From assembly GCA_029267445.1 (NCBI GenBank), contig JAJUIU010000007.1:13150-77149 (forward strand): a DNA stretch of 64,000 bases. The letters are read 5' to 3'. This document shows, in pieces, positions 9,673 to 20,445 of this stretch. The stretch comes from Rhodospirillaceae bacterium. GTDB taxonomy: Bacteria; Pseudomonadota; Alphaproteobacteria; Azospirillales; Azospirillaceae. The notes beneath the pieces were generated by a model, which saw only the letters and a program-made list of their open reading frames with translations, did no database searches and was not told the DNA's origin. Position 1 is the stretch's first letter. Every line of letters starts with the position of its first letter. The position numbers and the translations under genes were made by a program.

Positions 9673-10317
9673 ATGAGCGGAATCGCCATCTTCGACTTCG
9701 ACGGCACCCTGATCCAGGGTGACAGCCTGATCCCCTTCTGCGAGTTCGTCGCGGGCAAGGCGGAGGCGCGGCGCGCCCTGCTGGCCTCCGTGCGCGACGC
9801 GGTGATGCGCCACGCCCGCGACCCGAGGCTCGGCGCCGACATCCGCACGACGGTGAAGTCGCTTTGGCTGCGCCGCACGCTGGCCGGCGCCACGCTGGAC
9901 CGCGCGGGCGAGGCGGCGGAGCGGCTGGCCAGCTGGGTGCGCTGGCACACGCCGATCCTGGACGCCCTGCACCGCCACGCCGACAAGGGCGACCATGTGG
10001 TGGTGGCGACGGGCGCCCTCGCCCTCTACATGCCCCGCCTGATCCGGGACCTGCCGGTGCATCACCTGATGGCGACGGAGATCGGCGTCGAGGGCGGCCG
10101 CCTGACGGGGGAGATCGCGGGCGGCAACTGCGTTCGGGAGGAGAAGGCCCGCCGCGTGCAGGCCTACCTGGAGGAGCGCGGGCCGTTCGAGGCCGGCACC
10201 TGGGGCTACGGCAACCGGCCGAGCGACCTGCCCTTCCTCGCCCTGATGCGCCATCCGACCGTGGTGAAGACGGTGCGCCGCACCCGTGACCGCAAGGCGG
10301 CCACGGCGGCGGGCTGA
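9673..10317 (+). CDS. HAD-IB family hydrolase
   Basis: Internal ATG 9673 of ORF 9169..10317. It has HAD motif I IAIFDFDGTLI, then VVVATGA and a distal GYGNRPSDLPFL. Confidence 0.75.
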   Translation: MSGIAIFDFDGTLIQGDSLIPFCEFVAGKAEARRALLASVRDAVMRHARDPRLGADIRTTVKSLWLRRTLAGATLDRAGEAAERLASWVRWHTPILDALHRHADKGDHVVVATGALALYMPRLIRDLPVHHLMATEIGVEGGRLTGEIAGGNCVREEKARRVQAYLEERGPFEAGTWGYGNRPSDLPFLALMRHPTVVKTVRRTRDRKAATAAG

Positions 10318-10346
10318 ACCAACCGCGCGCCGCACCTGTTGTCCCG

Positions 10347-11204
10347 GTGTCCGTCGCCGATACCGGGATCCACCTCATGCGCAACCGATCCGTGGCACTG
10401 GCGCTGTTCGCCGCCGGAAGCCTCGCCCTGCTGGCCGCGTCGCGGGCCGGTCCCACCCGGCGCAAGGCGGGCCGCGTCCGCCCGCCGGGGCGGCCGAAGC
10501 AGCCGCTGACCCTGGCGCTGGAGGCGGGATCGCGCGCACTGCAGGGGCCGGGGCCGTTGAAGGACTTCCATGTCTATCTGGTCGGCTTCCACCCGGCGAA
10601 GGACGATCCGGAGCACCAGATGGAGGCGCACCATTTCTGCCGCGTGGTGAACGAGGACTTCACCGAATGCGTCCTGTTCGATGGCAACGGCCCCGATGCC
10701 AACATGATCGGGGTCGAGTACATCGTCAGCGAGCGCCTGTACGCGCGCCTGCCTGAGGAGGAGCGGCCCTTCTGGCATCCGCACGATTTCGAGATCCTGT
10801 CCGGCACCCTGGTCGGGCCGGGGCTGCCGCGCACGGCGGAGACGGCCCTGATGCTGACCAAGATGAACAGCTACGGGAAGACCTGGCACACCTGGGACAC
10901 CGGCGACCGTGAGCGGCATGGCGACCCGCTGCCCATGGGTGAGCCCATGCTGATGTGGTCCTTCAATCGTCTTGGCGAATGCAAGGACTGGCTGATCCGG
11001 GAGCGGGACCGGATGATGGGGACGGACACCGCCGCCGCCGCCCGGGCGCGGCGCCCCCTCGCCCGCATCGCCGCACCGCAGAAGGGCGTGAACGCCCTGC
11101 ACGGCCGCTTCGACCGCCCCGTCCGGCCGCTGCCGGGTGTGCGAGATGTGGAGGATGCGGGCCGGGAGCACGCGGGCCGTTCCGGACCCGTACCGGTGGT
11201 GTGA
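10347..11204 (+). CDS. DUF1264 (OBAP-like) domain protein, secreted
   Basis: Conserved DUF1264-like blocks are present: FHVYLVGFHP..HHFC...MIGVEYIVSERLY..LPEEERPFWHPH..E. A signal-like N-terminus follows if the start is ATG 10377 (MRNRSVALALFAAGSLALLAA). Confidence 0.7.
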   Translation: MSVADTGIHLMRNRSVALALFAAGSLALLAASRAGPTRRKAGRVRPPGRPKQPLTLALEAGSRALQGPGPLKDFHVYLVGFHPAKDDPEHQMEAHHFCRVVNEDFTECVLFDGNGPDANMIGVEYIVSERLYARLPEEERPFWHPHDFEILSGTLVGPGLPRTAETALMLTKMNSYGKTWHTWDTGDRERHGDPLPMGEPMLMWSFNRLGECKDWLIRERDRMMGTDTAAAARARRPLARIAAPQKGVNALHGRFDRPVRPLPGVRDVEDAGREHAGRSGPVPVV

Positions 11205-11302
11205 CACGTCCGCACCGCCTGCCGGATCGCGTCGGCCGTCGCCTTGCACCGCCCGATCGGGACTTTATATCCTCCTCATCTAATGGGACTTCCCTTCGAC
11301 CG

Positions 11303-12289
11303 ATGCCGACGACCATGCTGAACCGCCGCCATCTGCTCGTCCTCGCCGCCACCGGTGCCGCCGCCCTGTCGCCACGCGTCTCCATGGCGGCGGACGGCAA
11401 GGATCGGAAGGGGGCGCGGGTCGTCGCCACCACGGCCCATGTCGCCGATCTGGTCCGCGCCGTCGCGGGCGAGCGGCTGGCGGTCGAAAACCTGCTGGGC
11501 GAGGGGATCGACCCGCACACCTACAACCTCACCCGCACCGATACGGGCAAGCTGCTGGCCGCCGACGCCGTCTTCTTCAACGGCCTGCTGCTGGAAGGCC
11601 GGATGACCGAGACGTTCCAGCGCCTCGCGGCCGCCGGGAAGCCCGTGCTGGCGGTGGCGGAGGCGCTGCCCGCCGACCGCCTGCTGAGCGAGGCGGAGGG
11701 GTCGCCCGATCCCCATGTCTGGATGGACCCGACGCTGTGGGCGGCGGCGCTGGACGCCGTGCGCGACGCGCTGATCGCCTTCGACCCCGCCGGGGCGGAG
11801 GGGTATCGCGCCAGCGCCGACGCCTACCGGACCCGCCTGGGCGAGCTGGACGCCTATGCCCGCAAGGCGCTGTCCAGCGTGCCGGCGGAGCGGCGGGTGC
11901 TGGTCACGGCCCACGACGCCTTCTCCTACCTTGGCCGCGCCTATGCGGTGGAGGTCGTCGGCATCCAGGGCATCAGCACGGAGTCTGAGGCCGGCCTGCG
12001 CCGGATCGAGGAGCTGGTCGCCATGCTTGTCGACCGCAAGGTGCCGGCCGTCTTCGTGGAGACCAGCGTGACCGACCGGAACGTGCGCGCCCTGATCGAC
12101 GGGGCCGCAGCCCGCGGCCACCGCGTCGTCATCGGCGGCAGCCTCTATTCCGACGCCATGGGCGCCCCCGGCAGTTACGAGGGGACTTATCTCGGCATGA
12201 TGGACCATAATGTGACCGTCATCTCCCAGGCGCTCGGCGGCGACGCGCCGGCCGGGGGCTGGCAGGGCCGCCTGAAGGCCGGGCGGTAA
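11303..12289 (+). CDS. metal (Mn/Zn/Fe) ABC transporter substrate-binding protein, TroA/SitA/ZnuA cluster-9 family
   Basis: Internal ATG 11303 with a Tat-like signal (NRRHLLVLAATGAAAL). Motifs: VVATTAHVADLV, DPHTY, DPHVWMDP, VTAHDAFSYLGRAY, VPAVFVE. Confidence 0.85.
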   Translation: MPTTMLNRRHLLVLAATGAAALSPRVSMAADGKDRKGARVVATTAHVADLVRAVAGERLAVENLLGEGIDPHTYNLTRTDTGKLLAADAVFFNGLLLEGRMTETFQRLAAAGKPVLAVAEALPADRLLSEAEGSPDPHVWMDPTLWAAALDAVRDALIAFDPAGAEGYRASADAYRTRLGELDAYARKALSSVPAERRVLVTAHDAFSYLGRAYAVEVVGIQGISTESEAGLRRIEELVAMLVDRKVPAVFVETSVTDRNVRALIDGAAARGHRVVIGGSLYSDAMGAPGSYEGTYLGMMDHNVTVISQALGGDAPAGGWQGRLKAGR

Positions 12290-12298
12290 GGAGCGGCG

Positions 12299-13075
12299 AT
12301 GCTGCAGCGCCTGCGCGACCTCGATTTCATGCCGCCCCGGGAAGCCGGGGTGAGCCCGCTGGTCGTGCGCGATCTGACCGTGGCCTACCACCGCACGCCG
12401 GTCCTGCGCCGGGTGAACTGGACGGCGCCGTCCAGCGGGCTAATCGCCGTCTGCGGCCCGAACGGCGCGGGGAAGTCCACCCTGATCAAGGCCTGCCTGG
12501 GTCTCGTGCGCCCGCTGGCGGGTACGGTGGAGGTGTTCGGCCGGCCGCTCGCCCGCCAGCGCCGCCTCGTCGGCTACGTGCCGCAGCGGGAGAGCGTGGA
12601 CTGGGAGTTCCCCGTGTCAGCACTCGACGTGGTCGCCATGGGCCGCTACGGCCTGATCGGCTGGGGTCGCCGGGTCAGCAAGGCGCACCGGCAGGCGGCC
12701 ATGGACGCGCTGGACCGGGTCGGCCTCGCCGACCTCGCCGACCGGCAGATCGGCCAGCTTTCGGGCGGGCAGCAGCAACGCGTGTTCCTCGCCCGCGCCC
12801 TGGCCCAGGAGGCGCAGCTCTACTTCATGGACGAACCGCTGGCCGGCGTGGACGCCGCGACGGAGCAGGCGGTGCTGGACGTACTGCGCGAACTGGATGC
12901 CCAGGGCCGCACGGTCATCTGCGTCCACCACGACCTGCAGACCGTGGCCGACACCTTCGACCATGTGCTGCTGCTGAACGGCGGCGTGGTGGCGGAGGGG
13001 TCGCCGGCCACGACCCTCACGCCCGACAACCTGCGCGCCACCTATGGCGCCCGTGGGCAAGGGCTGATGGGGTGA
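12299..13075 (+). CDS. metal ABC transporter ATP-binding protein
   Basis: Walker A GPNGAGKST, signature LSGGQQQR, Walker B LYFMDEP. Confidence 0.9.
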   Translation: MLQRLRDLDFMPPREAGVSPLVVRDLTVAYHRTPVLRRVNWTAPSSGLIAVCGPNGAGKSTLIKACLGLVRPLAGTVEVFGRPLARQRRLVGYVPQRESVDWEFPVSALDVVAMGRYGLIGWGRRVSKAHRQAAMDALDRVGLADLADRQIGQLSGGQQQRVFLARALAQEAQLYFMDEPLAGVDAATEQAVLDVLRELDAQGRTVICVHHDLQTVADTFDHVLLLNGGVVAEGSPATTLTPDNLRATYGARGQGLMG

Positions 13076-13099
13076 TCCTCGGGCCCGGACGCGAGAGCC

Positions 13100-14005
13100 A
13101 TGCCTGACATCGGTTTCAACACCTTGGTCGTCCTGCTGGGCGCCACGGCGCTGGGGATCGCGGCGGGGACGGTGGGCACCTTCATGGTGCTGCGACGCCG
13201 GGCGCTGGTGTCCGACGCCCTGTCCCACGCCACGCTGCCGGGGCTGGCGCTCGGCTTCCTGGCCGGGGTGGCGCTGGGGATCGAGGGACGGTCGCTGCCC
13301 ATGCTGCTGCTGGGCGCTGCCGTCACCGGCGTGCTGGCCGTGCTGGCGATCCAGGCCATCGCACGCTGGACCCGCCTGCCGGAGGATGCGGCGATCGGGG
13401 CCGTGCTGTCGGTCTTCTTCGGGGTCGGCGTGGTGCTGCTGTCCGTGGTGCAAGGGCTGCCGACGGCGGGTGCCGCCGGGCTGAAGACCTTCCTGTTCGG
13501 CCAGACCGCCGCCATGAGTGCGGCCGAGGCGACGGCGCTGGCGGCACTGGCCGTGGTGGCCGCGGCCGCCGTGGGCGTGCTGTTCAAGGAGCTGCGGCTG
13601 GTCGCCTTCGACGAGGGGTTCGCCCGGGTTCAGGGCTGGCCCGCCGGGCGGATCGACCTGATGCTGATGGGGCTGGTGACCCTGGTGACGGTGATCGGCC
13701 TTCAGACGGTCGGGCTGGTCCTGATCATCGCCCTGCTGATCACGCCGGCCGCCGCCGCCCGCTTCTGGACGGAGCGGCTGGAGCGCATGACCGGGATCGC
13801 CGCCGGCATCGGCGGCCTGTCCGGCGGCATCGGTGCGGCCCTGTCCGCCGCCCTGCCCGACATGCCGGCCGGCGCCGTGATCGTGCTGGTGGCGACGACC
13901 TTCTTCCTGGCGAGCCTGCTGTTCGGCACCGCGCGGGGCCTGATCGCCCTCAGGATCAGGCGCGGGCGGATGCGCCACACCCTGCTGGACGGGGTCGGAC
14001 CATGA
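13100..14005 (+). CDS. metal ABC transporter permease (TroC/SitC-like)
   Basis: 301 aa polytopic protein. It lies adjacent to the ATPase and overlaps the next permease by 4 nt. Confidence 0.85.
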   Translation: MPDIGFNTLVVLLGATALGIAAGTVGTFMVLRRRALVSDALSHATLPGLALGFLAGVALGIEGRSLPMLLLGAAVTGVLAVLAIQAIARWTRLPEDAAIGAVLSVFFGVGVVLLSVVQGLPTAGAAGLKTFLFGQTAAMSAAEATALAALAVVAAAAVGVLFKELRLVAFDEGFARVQGWPAGRIDLMLMGLVTLVTVIGLQTVGLVLIIALLITPAAAARFWTERLERMTGIAAGIGGLSGGIGAALSAALPDMPAGAVIVLVATTFFLASLLFGTARGLIALRIRRGRMRHTLLDGVGP

Positions 14006-14952
14006 GCGCGCAGGAGTTCATCGCCATCGACCTTCCGGCCCTGCTGGCGGCCCTGTTCGCCTGCCTGTCCTGCGCCCTGGTGGGCAACTTCCTGGTCCTG
14101 CGCCGGCAGAGCCTTCTGGGCGACGCCGTCAGCCATGCCGTGCTGCCGGGCATCGTCGCCGGCTTCCTAGTGGCGGGCTCGCGCGAGACGATCCCCATGG
14201 TCGTCGGCGCCCTGGGTGCCGCCCTCGTGGCCGTGCTGCTGATCGAGCTGGTGCGGCGGGTCGGCAAGGTGGAATCGGGTGCCGCCATGGGTGTCGTCTT
14301 CACCGGCCTGTTCGCGCTGGGCGTGCTGATGATCGAGCAGGGGGCGGCGCGGAGCGTTGACCTGGACGCCGACTGCGTCCTCTACGGCCAGCTGGAGGAT
14401 GTGATCTGGCTCGGCCCGACCCGCTTCGCCGACCTCGCCGATCCGGCCGTCTGGCTGACCCTGCCGCGCGAGGCGATGCAGCTGATCGTGGTCTTCGCCA
14501 TCGGGCTGCTGCTGGTCTGGGCCTTCTTCAAGGAGCTGACCATCGCCAGCTTCGACCCCGGCCTCGCCGACACGGTGGGCGTCAGCTCCGCCCTGGTGCA
14601 GACGGCACTGGTCGTGCTGACGGCCGTGGTCACCGTGGCCGCGTTCGAGGCGGTGGGATCCATCCTGGTCATCGCCATGCTGATCTGCCCCGCCGCAACG
14701 GCCCGCCTGCTGACCGACCGGCTGGGCACGCAGATGCGCCTGTCGCTGCTGATCGGCGGGGTGACGGGGATCGGCGGCTACGCGCTGGGCGCCATGCTGC
14801 CGGTCTGGCTGGGGGCGGAGAACGCCGTCAACGCCGCCGGCAGCATCGCCACGCTGGGCGGCGTCATCCTGACGCTTGCCATCCTGTTCGCGCCGCGTTA
14901 CGGGGCACTGGCCCGCCGCAGGCGGGACGCGGACCTGGGCATGGAGGCGTGA
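14002..14952 (+). CDS. metal ABC transporter permease (TroD/SitD-like)
   Basis: 316 aa polytopic paralogue of the preceding permease, with an ATGA-type overlap. Confidence 0.85.
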   Translation: MSAQEFIAIDLPALLAALFACLSCALVGNFLVLRRQSLLGDAVSHAVLPGIVAGFLVAGSRETIPMVVGALGAALVAVLLIELVRRVGKVESGAAMGVVFTGLFALGVLMIEQGAARSVDLDADCVLYGQLEDVIWLGPTRFADLADPAVWLTLPREAMQLIVVFAIGLLLVWAFFKELTIASFDPGLADTVGVSSALVQTALVVLTAVVTVAAFEAVGSILVIAMLICPAATARLLTDRLGTQMRLSLLIGGVTGIGGYALGAMLPVWLGAENAVNAAGSIATLGGVILTLAILFAPRYGALARRRRDADLGMEA

Positions 14953-14956
14953 CGCG

Positions 14957-15238
14957 ATGCCGTTGGAAGGCAAGGTTGTGGTGATCGCGGGCGTGGCCGA
15001 TCCGGCGGCGGCCGAGACGGCGCGGCTGCTGGCGAAGGCGGGCGCCCGGCTGGTCCTGATGGACCCCAGCGCCGACACGGGTCACCGGCTGACGCTGGAG
15101 CTGAACACCGGCAACCACGGCATCGCCGTGTTCCTGCCCGGCAACCCGGCCGACCTGGGCGACATGGCCGCCGCCGTGGCGGAGGCGCGCACGTCCTGGG
15201 GCGGCTGCGATCTGGTGGTGGCGCCGACGGTGCGCTGA
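14957..15238 (+). pseudogene. truncated, degenerate SDR-like Rossmann fragment (93 codons)
   Basis: MPLEGKVVVIAG..LLAKAGARLVLMD resembles an SDR N-terminus. The TGxxxGIG motif is degenerate (AGVADPAAA) and the ORF stops before any YxxxK catalytic region. Confidence 0.4.
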
Positions 15239-15251
15239 AGCACCGGCCGGC

Positions 15252-15959
15252 TCAGGCGCTCTTCTGGTCCAGCGCGTAGCCGGCGGAGCGGACCGTGCGG
15301 ATCAGGTCCGCCTCCTCGTCGTCGTTGTTCAGCGCCTTGCGCAGCCGGCGGATGTGGACGTCCACCGTGCGCGGCTCGACATAGACGTCGTGGCCCCAGA
15401 CCACGTCCAGCAGCTGCTCGCGCGAGAAGACGCGGCCGGGATGCTGCATGAAGTGGCGCAGCAGGCGGAACTCCGTCGGGCCCAGATGCACGTCGCGCCC
15501 GGCCCGCCGCACCCGGTGGGCGGCGAGGTCCATGACGATGTCGGAGAAGCGCAGCAGCTCCTCCGCCAGACCGGGGGAGGCGCGGCGCAGCACGGCGCGG
15601 ATGCGGGCGACCAGCTCGGTCGGGCTGAAGGGTTTGGAGATGTAGTCGTCGGCCCCGCTGTTGAGGCCGCGCACCTTGTCCGTCTCCTCGCCCCGCGCGG
15701 TCAGCATGATGACCGGGATGTCGCGGGTCTTGGGGTTGCGGCGGAGCTGGCGGCATACCTCCAGCCCCGACATCAGCGGCAGCATCCAGTCCAGCAGCAC
15801 CAGATGCGGCGTCTGCTCGTTGGCCAGCAGCAGCGCCTCCTCGCCGTCGGCCGCCGACATGACGCGGAAGCCTTCCTTCTCCAGGTTGTACTTGAGGAGC
15901 GTGACGAGGTCCCCCTCATCCTCGACGATCAGGATCAGGGGCTTCAGCGCGGCGTTCAT
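15252..15959 (-). CDS. phoB: phosphate regulon response regulator PhoB
   Basis: It has a receiver domain (ILIVEDE...LDWMLP) plus an OmpR/PhoB winged helix (LGPTEFRLLRHFM..VDVHIRRLRKAL). An alternative GTG start at 15992 overlaps the phoU stop as GTGA. Confidence 0.9.
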   Translation of the reverse strand: MNAALKPLILIVEDEGDLVTLLKYNLEKEGFRVMSAADGEEALLLANEQTPHLVLLDWMLPLMSGLEVCRQLRRNPKTRDIPVIMLTARGEETDKVRGLNSGADDYISKPFSPTELVARIRAVLRRASPGLAEELLRFSDIVMDLAAHRVRRAGRDVHLGPTEFRLLRHFMQHPGRVFSREQLLDVVWGHDVYVEPRTVDVHIRRLRKALNNDDEEADLIRTVRSAGYALDQKSA

Positions 15960-15988
15960 GGGCGTGCTACCGGTATGGACGGACGGGA

Positions 15989-16708
15989 TCACTTGGTGCC
16001 TTCGGGTTCGACCACGGCGAAGCTGGAGGTGTCGGACTTCGGCCGGGTCTTGTCGAGCGACTGGCCCTTGACCAGGAAATGGATGGTCTCGGCGATGTTG
16101 GTCGCGTGGTCGCCCGCCCGCTCCAGGTTCTTGGCGATGAACAGCAGGTGGGTGCAGGGCGTGATGTTGCGCGGATCCTCCATCATGTAGGTGAGGGTCT
16201 CGCGGAACAGGCTGGTGTAGAGGTCGTCCAGCTCCTCGTCCCGGTGCCAGGCGAGGATGGCCTTGTCGACATCGCGGTCGACATAGGCGTCCAGCACGTC
16301 CTTCAGCATCTCCTGCACGATCTTGCCCATGCGGGGGATGGCGGCGGCGGGCCGCACGGCGGGAAGCTGGGCCAGGGCGATGGACCGCTTCGCGATGTTG
16401 GCGGCGTAGTCGCCCACCCGCTCCAGGTCGGTGGAGATCTTCAGCGCGGCCAGCGCCTCGCGCAGGTCGACACCCATGGGCTGGCGCAGGGCCAGCATGC
16501 GGATCGTGTCCTGCTCGATCTGGCGCTCGTACTCGTCCAGCCGGCTGTCCGCCTGCATGACGCGGCCGGCCACGTCCACGTCCCGGCGGGCGCAGGCCTG
16601 CACGGCGGCGTCGATCTGCGCCTCGGCCACGCCGCCCATCTGGGTGATGTGGTTCGACAGGCGCTGCAGCTCCTGCTCGAAGGACTTAACGGTATGCTCG
16701 GTGGGCAT
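15989..16708 (-). CDS. phoU: phosphate signalling complex protein PhoU
   Basis: Internal ATG 16708 (MPTEHTVKSFEQEL). Both PhoU repeats are present, with the motifs DLERVGDYAANIA and NLERAGDHATNIAE. Confidence 0.9.
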   Translation of the reverse strand: MPTEHTVKSFEQELQRLSNHITQMGGVAEAQIDAAVQACARRDVDVAGRVMQADSRLDEYERQIEQDTIRMLALRQPMGVDLREALAALKISTDLERVGDYAANIAKRSIALAQLPAVRPAAAIPRMGKIVQEMLKDVLDAYVDRDVDKAILAWHRDEELDDLYTSLFRETLTYMMEDPRNITPCTHLLFIAKNLERAGDHATNIAETIHFLVKGQSLDKTRPKSDTSSFAVVEPEGTK

Positions 16709-16740
16709 GGGTCTCGCCTCCGCCGCCGGTGTCTGGGCAC

Positions 16741-17553
16741 TCAGCCGTAGCGGCCGGTGATGTAGCCCTGGGTGCGCTCGTCCCGGGGGTTGGTGAAGAT
16801 GTCCTCGGTCTCGCCCACCTCCACCAGGTCGCCCAGGTGGAAGAACGCCGTCCGCTGGGAGACGCGGGCCGCCTGCTGCATGTTGTGGGTGACGATCACG
16901 ATGGTGAAGTTCTCCCGCAGCTCGTCGATCAGCTCCTCGATATGCGCGGTGGCGATCGGGTCGAGGGCCGAGCAGGGCTCGTCCATCAGGATCACCTCGG
17001 GGCTGACCGCGATGGCGCGGGCGATGCACAGGCGCTGCTGCTGGCCGCCGGACAGGCCGGTGCCCGGCTCCAGCAGGCGGTCCTTCACCTCGTTCCACAG
17101 GCCGGCGCGCTGGAGCGAGGCCTCGACGATGGCGTCGAACTCGTCCTTGCGGGTGGCGAGGCCGTGCAGCTTCGGCCCGTAGATGATGTTCTCGTAGATC
17201 GACTTCGGGAACGGGTTCGGCTTCTGGAACACCATGCCCACCCGCGCCCGAAGCTGCACCACGTCCAGCTTGGGATCGTAGATGTCCTGGTCGTCCAGCA
17301 TCAGCTTGCCCTCGACCCGGCAGATGTCGATCGTGTCGTTCATCCGGTTGAGGGTGCGCAGGAAGGTGGACTTGCCGCAGCCGGACGGGCCGATCAGGGC
17401 CAGCACCTCGTTGCGGTAGATGTCCACGTCGATGCCGTGCAGGGCGCGCTTCTCGCCATAGAAGACCTTCGTCCCGCGGGACGACATCTTCACGATCTTG
17501 CCCGCGGCGGCGGCACCCGGATCGACGGTCTGGGACATGGTCATGGCTTCCAT
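16741..17553 (-). CDS. pstB: phosphate ABC transporter ATP-binding protein PstB
   Basis: [38 protein letters not shown]. The start is one of three in-frame ATGs at 17553, 17544 or 17538. Confidence 0.9.
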   Translation of the reverse strand: MEAMTMSQTVDPGAAAAGKIVKMSSRGTKVFYGEKRALHGIDVDIYRNEVLALIGPSGCGKSTFLRTLNRMNDTIDICRVEGKLMLDDQDIYDPKLDVVQLRARVGMVFQKPNPFPKSIYENIIYGPKLHGLATRKDEFDAIVEASLQRAGLWNEVKDRLLEPGTGLSGGQQQRLCIARAIAVSPEVILMDEPCSALDPIATAHIEELIDELRENFTIVIVTHNMQQAARVSQRTAFFHLGDLVEVGETEDIFTNPRDERTQGYITGRYG

Positions 17554-17561
17554 GGGGGGCC

Positions 17562-18875
17562 TCACCAGCGACGTTCGAATTTCTTGCGGAGGTAGATGGC
17601 GATGCCGTTCATCGTGATCAGGAAGATCAACAGGATCATGATGGCCGCCGAGGTCAGCTCGACGAAGCCGCGCTCCGGGGCGTCGGCCCAGATGTAGATC
17701 TGCACCGGCAGGACCGACGAGCTGCTCAGCAGCCCCGTCGGCGGGGCGGTGACGAAGGCGTTCATGCCGATCATCAGCAGCGGCGCCGTCTCGCCCAGGG
17801 CCTGCGCCATGGCGATGATGGTGCCGGTCAGGATGCCGGGCATGGCCAGCGGCAGAACGTGGTGCCACACGGTCTGCAGCTTGCTGGCCCCCATGCCGAG
17901 TGCCGCCTCGCGGATGCTGGGCGGCACCGCCTTCAGCGCCGCGCGCGAGGCGATGATGATGGTGGGCAGGCTCATCAGCGCGATCACCATGCCGCCGACC
18001 AGCGGGGCGGAGCGCGGCATCCCGAAGAAGTTCAGGAACACGGCGAGGCCCAGCAGGCCGAACACGATGGAGGGCACGGCCGCGAGATTGTTGATGTTCA
18101 CCTCGATCAGGTCGGTGAACTTGTTCTTCGGCGCGAACTCCTCGAGGTACACGGCCGCCGCCACCCCGATGGGCAGCGCCAGCACCAGGGTCACCGCCAG
18201 CGTGAAGATCGAGCCGACGACGGAGCCCCAGAGGCCCGCCAATTCCGGATAGTTGCTGTCGGACGCGGTGAAGAAGGTGCTGTTGAAGATGGTCTTGCTG
18301 TCGCCGCGCTCCCGCAACTGATCGAGCCAGGCGAGCTGCTGGTCGGAAACGGGGCGGTTCGCCTCCGGCAGCTCGCGGTCGATGCGGCCCTTGACGATCT
18401 GGTTGATCGGGTCGGACGCCGGCAGCCAGACGCTGACGGTCTGGCCCAGCATCGACGGGTCCTTGAGCACCTGGTTGCCGAGAAACACGCCCGCCACCGG
18501 GCTGATCATCCGGCGCAGCTCACGCCGGTCGCCGCGCGAGACGTCCGGGAACTCCTTGTACAGCGCGTCGTGCACCAGATCCTGGAAGGCGGCGCGGTCC
18601 CAGTCGGCCGGATTGCCGGTGCCCTTCGGATCGATCACGGCGGGGTCGAGCGTGACCTCGAGCTGGATCGCCGTCTGCTGGAACGCCGTCACCCCGTTGC
18701 GCAGGATGGTGAACAGCAGCAGCACCAGCATCCCGATCGCCAGCGTGATCGCGATGATGCCGTAAATCTTGAACCGCTGCTCGGCGGCATAGCGCCGGCG
18801 CAGCCGCTTCTCCGCCGCTTCCGTCCGGTGGAAGCCGGTGTTCGCGGCGATCGGGTTGGCGACGATGTCAGTCAT
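17562..18875 (-). CDS. pstA: phosphate ABC transporter permease PstA
   Basis: 437 aa polytopic protein whose start overlaps the pstC stop. Assigned from its position between pstC and pstB. Confidence 0.9.
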   Translation of the reverse strand: MTDIVANPIAANTGFHRTEAAEKRLRRRYAAEQRFKIYGIIAITLAIGMLVLLLFTILRNGVTAFQQTAIQLEVTLDPAVIDPKGTGNPADWDRAAFQDLVHDALYKEFPDVSRGDRRELRRMISPVAGVFLGNQVLKDPSMLGQTVSVWLPASDPINQIVKGRIDRELPEANRPVSDQQLAWLDQLRERGDSKTIFNSTFFTASDSNYPELAGLWGSVVGSIFTLAVTLVLALPIGVAAAVYLEEFAPKNKFTDLIEVNINNLAAVPSIVFGLLGLAVFLNFFGMPRSAPLVGGMVIALMSLPTIIIASRAALKAVPPSIREAALGMGASKLQTVWHHVLPLAMPGILTGTIIAMAQALGETAPLLMIGMNAFVTAPPTGLLSSSSVLPVQIYIWADAPERGFVELTSAAIMILLIFLITMNGIAIYLRKKFERRW

Positions 18876-20331
18876 ACTTTTCCCGATACTTCTGGACGAC
18901 GCGGAGCGCCACGACGTTGAGGGCCAGCGTGGCGAAGAAGAGGACGAAGCCGAGCGCGAAGGCCGAGAGCGTCTTCGCCGATTCGAACTCCTGGTCGCCC
19001 GTGAGCAGGGCCGCGATCTGCACCGTCACCGTGGTGACGGCGTCGAGCGGGTTGAAGGTCAGGTTGGCGGCCATGCCCGCCGCCATGACGACGATCATCG
19101 TCTCGCCGATGGCCCGGCTGACGGCCAGCAGGAAGGCGCCGACGATGCCAGGCAGGGCCGCCGGCAGGATGACCTGCCGGATCGTCTCGGACCGCGTGGC
19201 GCCAAGGCCGTAGGAGCCGTCGCGCAGCGACTGCGGCACCGCGTTGATGACGTCGTCCGACAGGGAGGAGACGAAGGGCACGATCATGATGCCCATGACG
19301 ATGCCGGCCGCGAGCGCCGAGTTGGACGACACCGGCAGGCCGAGCGCCACGCCCATGTCCCGCACGAAGGGGGCCACCGTCAGGATGGCGAAGAAGCCGT
19401 ACACCACGGTCGGGATGCCGGCCAGGATCTCCAGCACAGGCTTGACCGTGTCGCGCACCCGGCGCGGCGCGTACTCCGACAGGTAGATGGCCGACAGGAG
19501 GCCGAGCGGCAGGGCCACGGCCATCGCCACGGTGGCGATCAGCAGCGTGCCGGTGAACAGCGGGATGGCGCCGAACGCGCCGGACGCGCCCACCTGGTCC
19601 GCGCGGATCGCCGTCTGCGGGCTCCACTGCAGGCCGAACAGGAACTCCACCGGGGATACGCGGGCGAAGAACCGCATGCTCTCGAACAGCAGCGACAGCA
19701 CGATGCCGACGGTCGTCAGGATGGCGATGACCGAGCAGACGATCAGGCCCCAGGTCACCACCCGCTCCACATTGTTCCGGGCGCGGAACTGCGGCGTGAT
19801 CTTGCGGTGGGTGATGAAGAGGGCGCCCGCCGCGATCGCCATGCAGATGGCGAACAGCGACCAGCGGCTGGTCGCCTCAAGGTGCTGCATGTGCTGGGCG
19901 GCCGGCAGAAGCGCGTCGACCACAGCCGGGTTGACGAACCGCTCCTGGCCGGTGGCCAGGTTGCGGATGTTGATCATCATCAGGTTGCGCTGGGTCTCGG
20001 CCAGCGCGTCGGCCCCGGCGATGCCGGCCGTGCTCAGCGCCTGGAAATCGTTCGGCGAGATGGACGCCTTGGCCCAGCTGAGCACCGCGTCGGGCGACAT
20101 CGCGCCCAGCACCAGCATCTCGATCACCGGCCCCTTCAGCATCAGGAAGAAGAGGACCAGCAGCAAGGCCGGGATGCCGGCCCAGACGGCGACGAACGAA
20201 CCGTAGTAGTTGGGCACCGAATGCAGGCTGGCGACACGCCCGCCCGAGACCGACATGGCCCGCTGGCGGCCGATCCAATAGCCGATGGCGGAGAGGATCA
20301 GAAGGACCGCGACGGTCAGCTGGATGGGCAT
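18868..20331 (-). CDS. pstC: phosphate ABC transporter permease PstC
   Basis: Polytopic. ATG 20331 (MPIQLTV) is preferred over the upstream GTG at 20343 because GGGGGA sits 4 nt upstream of it. Confidence 0.9.
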   Translation of the reverse strand: MPIQLTVAVLLILSAIGYWIGRQRAMSVSGGRVASLHSVPNYYGSFVAVWAGIPALLLVLFFLMLKGPVIEMLVLGAMSPDAVLSWAKASISPNDFQALSTAGIAGADALAETQRNLMMINIRNLATGQERFVNPAVVDALLPAAQHMQHLEATSRWSLFAICMAIAAGALFITHRKITPQFRARNNVERVVTWGLIVCSVIAILTTVGIVLSLLFESMRFFARVSPVEFLFGLQWSPQTAIRADQVGASGAFGAIPLFTGTLLIATVAMAVALPLGLLSAIYLSEYAPRRVRDTVKPVLEILAGIPTVVYGFFAILTVAPFVRDMGVALGLPVSSNSALAAGIVMGIMIVPFVSSLSDDVINAVPQSLRDGSYGLGATRSETIRQVILPAALPGIVGAFLLAVSRAIGETMIVVMAAGMAANLTFNPLDAVTTVTVQIAALLTGDQEFESAKTLSAFALGFVLFFATLALNVVALRVVQKYREKYD

Positions 20332-20445
20332 CCTGTCCCCCACGCCGGGATAAAATCACTTAGGACACTAAATACTAATGAAACCGGGCAGTAGACTGCC
20401 GGCGGGGTCGCCGCCGGCAGTTCCGTCATCATGTGAGCGGGCCGA

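Noticed and set aside
11204-11302. A Mur/Zur/MntR operator upstream of the metal ABC operon
   Set aside because: I found only a GGGACTT direct repeat 27 nt apart, with no palindrome resembling any metal-regulator box I know. This is not enough for a call.
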